A DNA stretch of 64,000 nt. Source: a virus. Its lineage: Duplodnaviria; Caudoviricetes. Shown here in pieces: positions 10,000 through 18,535 of the stretch. The DNA lies in the IMG/VR virus record IMGVR_UViG_3300028800_000092, positions 1,703 through 65,702 of that record; one strand, written 5' to 3'. The notes under the pieces were generated by a model. That model saw only the letters and a list, made by a program, of their open reading frames with translations. It was not told the DNA's origin and ran no database searches. Position numbers and translations under genes: made by a program. Each line of letters begins with the position of its first letter. Positions within the stretch are counted from its first letter, which is position 1.

Positions 10000-10209
10000 A
10001 TGCCTCATTCTTTTGAGCAGGACCGCGAAAGCCATCGCATCCATCACATGCACATCCCCCAGGGACATGCACACATGGATGAAAAGACCCAGAAAATGGG
10101 TCGAAGCCCGATGAGCGGTCAGTTGCCTATGGCCAACGGATTGGAAAATCCGACCACGGACGGCGCTCCTACTGGTGAAGGAACCCTTGGCGGGGGTTCC
10201 GGTTACTAA
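10000..10209 (+). CDS. Small His/Met/Gly-rich protein
   Basis: AAGGAG RBS after capsid. Confidence 0.6.
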   Translation: MPHSFEQDRESHRIHHMHIPQGHAHMDEKTQKMGRSPMSGQLPMANGLENPTTDGAPTGEGTLGGGSGY

Positions 10210-10220
10210 ACCTTAACCTT

Positions 10221-10243
10221 GGAGGGGGCTAGAAACCCCCTCC
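10221..10243 (+). terminator. Stem-loop after capsid genes (terminator or stabiliser)
   Basis: GGAGGGGG-CTAGAAA-CCCCCTCC; weak U-tract. Confidence 0.55.
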
Positions 10244-10263
10244 ATTAACTTACAGAGGATACC

Positions 10264-10656
10264 ATGCCAGTAGCAGAAGCTAAGACTTTGGAACAGAAGC
10301 AGTTCGATAAACGTAATGCTAAGACCGTTTGGCAGAGCGACAAGAAGGACTGGGAGTATGTAACCGTTCCGGCCCAGAACGCCTTGGGCGAGACCCATTC
10401 ACCTATTGTCATTAATGAACACGAGTTCGGCCCGAAGATTACACGGAACGAAAACGGAGAGGTCATTAAGATCGAGGACGGGAAGTACCTGGTTCCTCCG
10501 GAGGCCGCGATTACCATTCGCGAGCGCTGTCAGGTGTACGCGAAGGAATGCGTGCGCATCCTTCAGCCCAAGCGCGACTTTAAGTCCGAGCAGCTTGTGT
10601 CCCGGTTCGGAGCCGCTCGTGCCCAGGGCGTCAGTACCGAGGCTGTTGCAGAGTAA
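10264..10656 (+). CDS. Hypothetical post-capsid protein
   Basis: GAGG RBS; IVINEHEF...YLVP pattern. Confidence 0.65.
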   Translation: MPVAEAKTLEQKQFDKRNAKTVWQSDKKDWEYVTVPAQNALGETHSPIVINEHEFGPKITRNENGEVIKIEDGKYLVPPEAAITIRERCQVYAKECVRILQPKRDFKSEQLVSRFGAARAQGVSTEAVAE

Positions 10657-10660
10657 CTAA

Positions 10661-10846
10661 ATGGCTAACTTTATCCTACAAAACAAAGTCGCACTGGCGC
10701 TCGGGGGCTATGCCCTGTTTTCTATTATGGTAACCGCGTTACCTGAAAAGAAAGCGGACCTAGACATGTATACCTATTGGCGACAGGTAGGACAGGCCGT
10801 TGCTGGAGCTTTGAGCGCCAAGCTCGGGAGCAAGAATGTTCCGTAA
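10661..10846 (+). CDS. Small membrane protein (possible holin-like)
   Basis: One hydrophobic segment plus amphipathic C-terminus. Confidence 0.45.
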   Translation: MANFILQNKVALALGGYALFSIMVTALPEKKADLDMYTYWRQVGQAVAGALSAKLGSKNVP

Positions 10847-12905
10847 ATTACTGTTAACAATGGGGTTGCTGGGAGCGCTTGCGCTCCCTGGATTGGCCCA
10901 GACGAATATTCGAACCGGTGACGACGCACCGGTGCTGGACTCCGGTGGACATCCTGTGTCGAACGCGCTCCTCACGGTGTGCACGAACGATACCCCTGCC
11001 GGTCAGTGCGTCGGCCAGGCTAATGTCTCGAACCAGATTCAGTTGTACACGGGCCCGAGCGGGGGTACATGTAGTTCGCCCAATACAAATTGCCAGCCAA
11101 TCACTACGGACTTTAATGGAGACTGGCATACATATTTGCCCGCGGGCACGTACCAGAGATGTACTCAGGCCCGAGGGGTTCTGGCCTGTTTCAATGACTG
11201 GACCATCGGAGCCTCCGGAGGGGGCGGCGGCGGAGGTCTATGTCCGTCTGGTGCGGCTGGCGATGTCCAGTTCACGAACGGAACCGATTGCGTTGTGGAT
11301 ACCGGTATCTTTACCCACAATGGTACGACCCATACAACTAGTACCGCGACCCTAGATGCTAGCAACTCTATTAACGTATCGGGCTCGGTCGCTGGAGAGT
11401 ACGATCTTCAGGACGGTCCGGCCAATACGTTCCAGGGCTCTAACTGGATTGGGTTCATGGCACCTACGAGCGGGACCGGAGCGAGGTACATATTCCCCGG
11501 AACCGCGACAACTACAGGCTACGTACTGATTGCCGGGACCGTATCTGGTACCGACGTGCCGTTAACGTTTGTACCTGTGACTTCTTTGGCTGTAGCGATT
11601 TCGTGCGAAAACGTACCTACATTAATGGGCTGTAACGCGCCTAGTCCGGCGACTACGAACGACGTTACATATACGCTCTACCCGGCGACCGACGACTACG
11701 TCTTTAAGGTCCCGCCCCCGTACACGTATGGTTCAAGTATCCTTCGGCAGACCTGTGCGGTAACTAACCTCGGTTCGCCGCCGACTAGTAACTGTGTATG
11801 TACTTACGCCCTAGATACGATGGCGGGAACACTTACGCTTGGTTGCACCATTCCACATCTGTACCCTGGCGACTCGATTCTCGCTAGCTCCGGTATGGAG
11901 GGTGGCTTCGGGTACACTCCTTCGTACACGTACTCGGACTCGCAGGGATACACGTACACCGCCCTCGACAACGAAGGCGCGAGCGACGGAACCTCTGGTG
12001 CCAACGACGCCATTGCTATTAATGTAGCGGGCGACGTTTCAGATACCGTTCAGATTCAATATACTGGCGTAACCGCCGATCACTTCTCGGAACTAGACAT
12101 TATGGTTATCCGGGGAGTTACGGGCGTTGACTCGCATCACGGGGCTATAGCCAGTAGCGCTTCGGCGGCCTTTGGGGCCATAACCACGAGCCATACCCAA
12201 ACCGCCATCGTAGCCATGTCCTACGAAAACACCTTCGGGAACCCCGGATGCTCCTACGCCGCGGGAACCAATTTCCAAATGCTCGATCAGGACGCCGTGA
12301 CGAACGGCAGCTTTGGCAACGAGGCCATTGTTAAGACCACTACGGTCTCTGGGTTCACACCTACTATGACCCGTAATGGTTGTTCTGGAAATATTGACGC
12401 AGGCGTTGCGCTTGATGTAGCGCTCATATACACTGGCGTTAGCTCCGGTTCAGATATTCCCTGGCTCCAACGATTCAGGTACAGTACCCTTGTTACGGGC
12501 GGGGACTTTGACCCCCTCGGCGCGGGAGACCTGCTGTACTCTGCCGATGGCCAGCGGGTAACTACGCTCTCGCTTGGTACGGGACTCAGTGTCTCCGCCG
12601 GGCAGCTCGTAGCCTCCGGTAGCATTGTAGCTTCAGGTACCTCCACTATGGGTACCAGCGCGATATCCTCCGGGGCCTGCGCGACGACTGTAACCACTAC
12701 AGCGACAGGTGCCGCCACTACCAGCAAGATCGTCGCGACTCCGAGCGTGGACCCTCAGACTAAGACCGGGTACGCCGTAAGCGCGTCTGGTTCACTGTCT
12801 GTGTACGCCTATCCTACTAGTAACGCCGTGCACTTCGAGGTCTGTAACGGAACCGGAAGCACTATTACTCCCGCCGCAATTACATTTAACTGGGCGGTAC
12901 TTTAA
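10836..12905 (+). CDS. Tail-fibre-like, Cys-rich protein with Sec signal peptide
   Basis: MFRKLLLTMGLLGALALPGLA|Q leader; PSGAAGDVQF and AGDLLYS...TLSLGTGLS fibre-type motifs; 18 Cys by hand count. Confidence 0.7.
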   Translation: MFRKLLLTMGLLGALALPGLAQTNIRTGDDAPVLDSGGHPVSNALLTVCTNDTPAGQCVGQANVSNQIQLYTGPSGGTCSSPNTNCQPITTDFNGDWHTYLPAGTYQRCTQARGVLACFNDWTIGASGGGGGGGLCPSGAAGDVQFTNGTDCVVDTGIFTHNGTTHTTSTATLDASNSINVSGSVAGEYDLQDGPANTFQGSNWIGFMAPTSGTGARYIFPGTATTTGYVLIAGTVSGTDVPLTFVPVTSLAVAISCENVPTLMGCNAPSPATTNDVTYTLYPATDDYVFKVPPPYTYGSSILRQTCAVTNLGSPPTSNCVCTYALDTMAGTLTLGCTIPHLYPGDSILASSGMEGGFGYTPSYTYSDSQGYTYTALDNEGASDGTSGANDAIAINVAGDVSDTVQIQYTGVTADHFSELDIMVIRGVTGVDSHHGAIASSASAAFGAITTSHTQTAIVAMSYENTFGNPGCSYAAGTNFQMLDQDAVTNGSFGNEAIVKTTTVSGFTPTMTRNGCSGNIDAGVALDVALIYTGVSSGSDIPWLQRFRYSTLVTGGDFDPLGAGDLLYSADGQRVTTLSLGTGLSVSAGQLVASGSIVASGTSTMGTSAISSGACATTVTTTATGAATTSKIVATPSVDPQTKTGYAVSASGSLSVYAYPTSNAVHFEVCNGTGSTITPAAITFNWAVL

Positions 12906-13474
12906 TGAAGAAGTTCCTATATAGCCTCTTGTTCTGGGGCGCTTTGGCTCACGCGCAGCTTGTAATGCCTATCATGGGACCGGCCGCAGTACCTGTAGCT
13001 GGCGGCGGAACTTGTGGGCATACTAACATCGAACTGGGCAATAGCGGTTCCTTTTATGGAGCTAACTTTGCCATTGCTCTGGCCGCCTGTACGCCTACAC
13101 AAAACGAAACCGTTACAGATATTCAGGTATACATTAACTCTTGTGGCGGGTGTGGTGCTACGTGGAACGCGGCCATTTATGATTCTGATGGTGGCTCTGG
13201 CGCAGCGGGCAGTATGCTCTGTCAAGCCGTACCGTTAACAAGTGAAACGGCGGCTGCTTGGAACCCAATCGTTCCTGTAACTTGTCCGACGCTATCTAGC
13301 GGGCATACGTATTGGTTGGTTTTCAATACCGGGAGTGGCTCCGTAAACGCCGCTATGCAGAATAGTAGCGGAAATCAATGGTACAAGGCGCAGACGTGTT
13401 GTACGTTCTTGAACTTCTCTAGTCCAGATAACTTCACCGGAACAGGCTCTATTTACGTAGATGTAACACCTTAA
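12905..13474 (+). CDS. Secreted beta-sandwich protein (DUF4082-like)
   Basis: MKKFLYSLLFWGALAHA|Q leader; AAIYD, WN, TLSSGHTYWLV; 8 Cys. Confidence 0.65.
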   Translation: MKKFLYSLLFWGALAHAQLVMPIMGPAAVPVAGGGTCGHTNIELGNSGSFYGANFAIALAACTPTQNETVTDIQVYINSCGGCGATWNAAIYDSDGGSGAAGSMLCQAVPLTSETAAAWNPIVPVTCPTLSSGHTYWLVFNTGSGSVNAAMQNSSGNQWYKAQTCCTFLNFSSPDNFTGTGSIYVDVTP

Positions 13475-13517
13475 CCTCTGGCACGCGGCAGCAGTCCTAG
13501 GCCGTATAGGAGCATAC

Positions 13518-13841
13518 TTGGCTGATCTTTCTGGTTTGGTAGACCTGAATCGTACCGACACGGGGGCAACTATCGCAACCATTTCTGTTACCGACAATGG
13601 CGACGGAACAGCCACTGGGAGTATTGTGAGCGGAACGTTTTCCAATACGACCGTACCTATTCAAGCGCACTATCGAGGGTCCACGGATGGGATTAGCTAC
13701 TTGCCCGGCGACAGTAACATCGTCACCGAAGAGCTGCTTCCGCCTCCGGCGAATGTAGCGGTAGCGCTGTTGATTACCCCCAATCCGCAAGCAACTAATG
13801 GCAACCAGACGTATCTGGTTACTGTAACTCCCGCGAGCTAA
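13518..13841 (+). CDS. Small beta-rich tail-region protein
   Basis: AGGAG RBS, TTG start, T/S/V-rich. Confidence 0.55.
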   Translation: MADLSGLVDLNRTDTGATIATISVTDNGDGTATGSIVSGTFSNTTVPIQAHYRGSTDGISYLPGDSNIVTEELLPPPANVAVALLITPNPQATNGNQTYLVTVTPAS

Positions 13842-13846
13842 AACTC

Positions 13847-15052
13847 ATGCCCGTCATCTCAGGCCCAACGCCGATTAATACAACGACCGCTCAAGACATT
13901 ATTGACGGTTGTACGCAAGACGTACGTCAGGTTCTAAGCTCTGGGGACACCGGTTCCCAGAACATTGTGCTGGATTATATCAATCGTGTAGTGTTTCAAA
14001 TACTACGCAACAGCGCTTGGGACTTCATGATCTCCCCGACACAGAGTTTTATTACCCAGACTGGTGTCAACGATTACTGGATTGGCTACCAGGCTGGCAA
14101 CGTGCTAGGGAGCTTTGACACGGGCTTGGGCCTGAATGACGTGAGGGCCATCAAGGAAGACGAAGTATTTGACCGGACGAACTTCAATAAGTTGTTCAAG
14201 GTTCGCTCTAGCCCCTTAGCCGCTAGTCTAGAGTTCCCAGACGGTTCAGCTCGTCCCGGTCGCCCGAAGCAGTGGGCCTATGACCCGGTCGATGCGCCGT
14301 ATGTGTTGAAGATTTATCCGGCTCCAGATAACCAGAGTACGTATCAGCCGGTCCCCGATACGCCGATCTGTGTAGCGATTACGACTGCGGGGAGTCTGCC
14401 AGCGCGGTTCTACTACGTGAACGCCACATTCACGGACAGTTTTGGCAACGAGAGCTCTGCCAGTTTTGAGAACAAGGTATTCGTCCCGGCGAATATGCTA
14501 CTTACGGTTCAGCCGCCCCAGCCCCCGGCCTTTGCGGGCTCTCTCGAAACCACCATGTATCAAGGCGGTTCAAGTACGGGCGTTCGCTACGACCGGTATA
14601 ACATCTATGCCTCGACCACGAGCAGCAATGAAACGTTTCAGACGGGACCCATCTCGACCAACAGTTCCTGGACCGAGCCCACGAGCGGCATCACTACGAC
14701 CGGTCCTATCTTCCCTACTACCAATAACTTAGAGCCCGTGGACGGGTACCTAATTCAATTCAAGTATTACAGGGACAGGCTGCGCCTGACGACCTACGAT
14801 CAGGTTATTCAGGTCCCTGATGACTACCGTGACGTAGTCATCGCCGGCGTGAACGGTTACATCAACGAATACCTCCGCCGGCCTGCCGATGCCCAGCGCT
14901 GGATGCAACTGTTCCAGATGGGCCTTGTCACCATGCGCCGCGACCAGAACATGTATCCGAAGTACAACTTCATTCGTACCGACCCGGCGACCATTAACAC
15001 GAACTACCCGGCGGTTGAAGTCACCGACCCCAGCATCACGAGGACTAACTAA
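13847..15052 (+). CDS. Head-tail adaptor / tail tubular protein A-like, with inserted FN3-like domain
   Basis: LDYINR...WDF, GRP...KIYPAPD, QVPDDYRDVV adaptor pattern; insert YYVNATF...NESSAS...YNIY. Confidence 0.65.
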   Translation: MPVISGPTPINTTTAQDIIDGCTQDVRQVLSSGDTGSQNIVLDYINRVVFQILRNSAWDFMISPTQSFITQTGVNDYWIGYQAGNVLGSFDTGLGLNDVRAIKEDEVFDRTNFNKLFKVRSSPLAASLEFPDGSARPGRPKQWAYDPVDAPYVLKIYPAPDNQSTYQPVPDTPICVAITTAGSLPARFYYVNATFTDSFGNESSASFENKVFVPANMLLTVQPPQPPAFAGSLETTMYQGGSSTGVRYDRYNIYASTTSSNETFQTGPISTNSSWTEPTSGITTTGPIFPTTNNLEPVDGYLIQFKYYRDRLRLTTYDQVIQVPDDYRDVVIAGVNGYINEYLRRPADAQRWMQLFQMGLVTMRRDQNMYPKYNFIRTDPATINTNYPAVEVTDPSITRTN

Positions 15053-18000
15053 GTGTTTAAGAAACTACTACTTGCAGCCACGGCCCTGTTGGCCCTGAGC
15101 GCCCCGAGCTGGGCCACCACGTGCCTGAACGGTTCGAACGGAACCAACGGCTCCGGTGGCAGCGCTCCGGGTGTGCCATGTATCACGAGCGTGACGCCGT
15201 TCTATAGTGGCGACCCAACGGCCGTACAGGTGTGTGCGCAGACGAGTGGCTCTGCGGATTTTCTCGTAGAGTTCTACTACACGGTGAACAGCTATGATGC
15301 CCCGGACGCAAATAGGTTCTACTACGACCCGACTATGGCGACTAGTCACTGTGGTGTCGTGCGAGGTTTGTTGCCTGGAGCTAAGACGTACGCTGTAGGT
15401 GTAGCGTCCTGCGGCGGGGCCAGTCTCGGAGCAGGCACTCCACCCTTTACATGTAAGCGCACGGACCCGAATTACAGTACCAGTCCCTGGGGTAACGGGA
15501 ACTCGAACGGACTCACGTTCACGACTCCGACGCCTAGTGGCCCTACATTTTCCTGGAACTCCTGGTTCGCGCAGGGGCCCGAGAACATATATCAAGGCTC
15601 CTCTGGCCAAGCGGCCATTTCGAATCAATGGGTTAGCGGGTGTTCCTCTGGGGCCACGGGCTGTTCAAGTAGCCCGAACCCTGCATATATCTTTCTGTCT
15701 AATGCGACCCTCGACGGTCAGCCCTGTACACACGGACTACCGGTCGAGCCCTGCGGTACCACGGGCGCTAGCATTCAATTCGCTCAGAGCAACTCCGAGA
15801 ACCAGAGCGCGTCTACAGGTAACTACGATACACCTATTGCGTCCAGTGGTCCCTTTGCGGGGTACCCATTCTGTTCAAATAGTACTCAGGTCATGAACTG
15901 CTTCGGCGAGGGCGTGAACTTCATTAGAGTCGCGGTAGGTTCAAGTATGGCCCCTGGGGCGCACAGCCTGGTCGCTACGTTGCAGCCTACGAACTCTAGC
16001 CAAGGCACCGGCGGCTTTAATCCCCAGACCATTACATTTAACTTCACGGTGCTAGCAACGCCGACGTTCTCAGTGACCACGCCAGGTTCGTTCCCCTCTA
16101 TTACTGGGTTCTCGAATTACTGGAAGTACCTTGCGAGCGCGGGCGTAGTTGACGCCTTGCAGCTCATTAATGAAGAGCAGGCACTACCTGGCCAGTACGT
16201 TAACGACAACATGTCTAGCTCCCTGACCGTGGGCCCCTACGGACTCTGGAACTATGACGGTGCCAGAGTGGCCTTTGGCGTAGCCGACGAGCTCTCTTGT
16301 ACCGGTACCAACTGCGGGAACGTGGCCTTTCAAGCCAGTCATGGCTACAGCCTTGGCGATGAGATATGTTCAAATGGAGCAGGTGGTTGCGCCGGAGCCA
16401 CTACCTGCGAGCTAGTGACCACTACGGCCGGAACTAGTAGCTCCAGTGTTTCCTGTCCTGCTGTCGGTAACACAGTTACTAGCGGTACCGCTCACTTCAC
16501 GAACATCGGCAACGGGGCCTTTTGGCTCGGAGTCGCCGAACGTATCTATGACCAGTACAGCGACTGGCAACTGTTTCACGATCACTACACCACCGACGAG
16601 GAGTGGAACCGGTTCACCGACGGCGACTCTATGCACTGCTTTCGGACCGAGGTATCCTGCGGAGCTGCGTCCCCCGAGACCCGCGCTGTCGAGTTTCACC
16701 TCTATCCGTTCTTTAGTCCCTCCGGTGGCTGGGCCAATACCCCCCAGCGAATCATATGGAATTACGTTCAAACGGAACGCGACACGATGCGCGACCGGGA
16801 ATATGAAATCCCGGCTCTATATAACTATTGGGTCATGTCCGGAACGTATCCCGCCGACCGAGGGGTCGATGAACTTACACCTAGAATTGATTCTGAAATA
16901 GGTCAAATAGAAGAGGTTATTAACTACAATCCGCTTGACGGGCATCCATATAACCCCGCGTGCTGCATCGGGTCCCCGAGCTTTGATATGGGCCTGGTAG
17001 CAGAGTCCCTTATACATTTCTGGGAAGTTCAGAACTACGAACATGTAACCCCGGACGCTCGTATTCCTGTAGAGGTCAAGAAGCTAGCGGACTGGGCCTA
17101 CAGTAATGAATGGAACCTGACCGGTTCAGATTATAACTTCCCCTATACGCTCTGGCTATACCCTTACGGTTCCCAGATGTACAACTACGAACAGTCGAAC
17201 CTGGACATGCTTATGGGGCCTGTGTATACCTGGCTCTGGACGGTCTATGGCTCCTCTTGCACCCTGCCTACTTCAGGCGCTAGTTGTCTCACCGTGGGTG
17301 ACTTGATGTTCCAGAAGGCCTTCGCAAACACTTGTGGCTCTAGTTGTTCCAAAGAGTTTGTACAGATATATAAATGGACGGCCGATTATATCGGCTGGCG
17401 CAGCAACCGGTTCCCCGGAACGGACAGCTCCATTCTCCCGAGCCAGAATCCCTTTAAGGCCGCCGCCACGCCTATCGAACCGTACCCGCAGAGCCAGTAT
17501 GCTAGTAACGTAAATGTAGCAAACGTTACAGGCACTACCGCTCAAATCACCTGGTACAACACTCAAGCCGTTACAAACACGAAAGTAGCGCTCTGCACAT
17601 CGCACTTGGACGGGACCTGCGGTTCGCCTATATTAACCACCTGCGGCGCTAACTCACACGTTTCAGGTTCAGACAACCTCTTCCTAAATCAATGCACCGC
17701 CACAGGACTAAACCCGAGCACCGGATATTACCTCGCCGTAGGTGGCACCAACGCCAACGGTACCGCAATGTCCAGCTACGATATCCTATATGGCGGAGGC
17801 AGCGGACAATGCTACGATAGCTCCGGGTGCAGCAATAGCTTTTGTAACTCCGACCCGCACGAATATGCAGTGTGCACTGGGACTAGCGGGGCCTTGTCTA
17901 TTACGACCGCTAGCCTGCCTGCGGGCCAGAACGGCGTTGCCTACAGTCAAACGATCTCAGCCTCTGGCGGAACTCCGCCGTACACCTGGTGCGTCGTTGA

Positions 18001-18535
18001 GAGCCCAAGTCTATGTGACCTAGGCGGTCCGGGTTCTGCACTACCTCCAGGCTTGCGACTAACGGTCTCTTGTTGTAGTACGGCTACGTTAGCTGGTACC
18101 CCGACCACGAATGGAACCTACGCATTCACTATACGTGTAGTTGATAATGTAGGTGCAATGGCTACGCATCCGTATTCTATAACGATCTCGAATCCAGCCA
18201 TTGGCATCACGAGCCCGCTCTTTATCCCTGCGGGGCAGGTCGGTGTCACGTACGGGCCTGTCACGTTTCGCGCGACTGGGGGAACCGGGACCGGTTACAT
18301 GTATACATGTACCGCTTCCTGTATTACGGGCTTGACCTTGAACAGTAGCACCGGCGTTCTCACGGGCCGGCCTACGGCCCCTGGGACCTATAGCCCTGTG
18401 ATTCATGTAGTGGACTCTGGTTCAAATAGCGCGGACCATACATATAACAATGTAGTTATAGCCCCTCCCATTAACCACTTCCGGTTCACGCAGAGTGGTG
18501 GAGGGCGTGTGTCAGGGGGAGCGGTGATTCACTAA
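15053..18535 (+). CDS. Large secreted Cys-rich multidomain protein with FN3-like and putative Ig (He_PIG-like) domains
   Basis: MFKKLLLAATALLALSAPSWA|T leader; LSITTASLP.G...AYSQTISASGGTPPYTW and GLTLNSSTGVLTG.PT..GTY Ig motifs; 40 Cys by hand count. Confidence 0.75.
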   Translation: MFKKLLLAATALLALSAPSWATTCLNGSNGTNGSGGSAPGVPCITSVTPFYSGDPTAVQVCAQTSGSADFLVEFYYTVNSYDAPDANRFYYDPTMATSHCGVVRGLLPGAKTYAVGVASCGGASLGAGTPPFTCKRTDPNYSTSPWGNGNSNGLTFTTPTPSGPTFSWNSWFAQGPENIYQGSSGQAAISNQWVSGCSSGATGCSSSPNPAYIFLSNATLDGQPCTHGLPVEPCGTTGASIQFAQSNSENQSASTGNYDTPIASSGPFAGYPFCSNSTQVMNCFGEGVNFIRVAVGSSMAPGAHSLVATLQPTNSSQGTGGFNPQTITFNFTVLATPTFSVTTPGSFPSITGFSNYWKYLASAGVVDALQLINEEQALPGQYVNDNMSSSLTVGPYGLWNYDGARVAFGVADELSCTGTNCGNVAFQASHGYSLGDEICSNGAGGCAGATTCELVTTTAGTSSSSVSCPAVGNTVTSGTAHFTNIGNGAFWLGVAERIYDQYSDWQLFHDHYTTDEEWNRFTDGDSMHCFRTEVSCGAASPETRAVEFHLYPFFSPSGGWANTPQRIIWNYVQTERDTMRDREYEIPALYNYWVMSGTYPADRGVDELTPRIDSEIGQIEEVINYNPLDGHPYNPACCIGSPSFDMGLVAESLIHFWEVQNYEHVTPDARIPVEVKKLADWAYSNEWNLTGSDYNFPYTLWLYPYGSQMYNYEQSNLDMLMGPVYTWLWTVYGSSCTLPTSGASCLTVGDLMFQKAFANTCGSSCSKEFVQIYKWTADYIGWRSNRFPGTDSSILPSQNPFKAAATPIEPYPQSQYASNVNVANVTGTTAQITWYNTQAVTNTKVALCTSHLDGTCGSPILTTCGANSHVSGSDNLFLNQCTATGLNPSTGYYLAVGGTNANGTAMSSYDILYGGGSGQCYDSSGCSNSFCNSDPHEYAVCTGTSGALSITTASLPAGQNGVAYSQTISASGGTPPYTWCVVESPSLCDLGGPGSALPPGLRLTVSCCSTATLAGTPTTNGTYAFTIRVVDNVGAMATHPYSITISNPAIGITSPLFIPAGQVGVTYGPVTFRATGGTGTGYMYTCTASCITGLTLNSSTGVLTGRPTAPGTYSPVIHVVDSGSNSADHTYNNVVIAPPINHFRFTQSGGGRVSGGAVIH

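Noticed and set aside
9085-10074. 329-aa minus-strand ORF
   Set aside because: Antisense shadow of the capsid gene; no motifs
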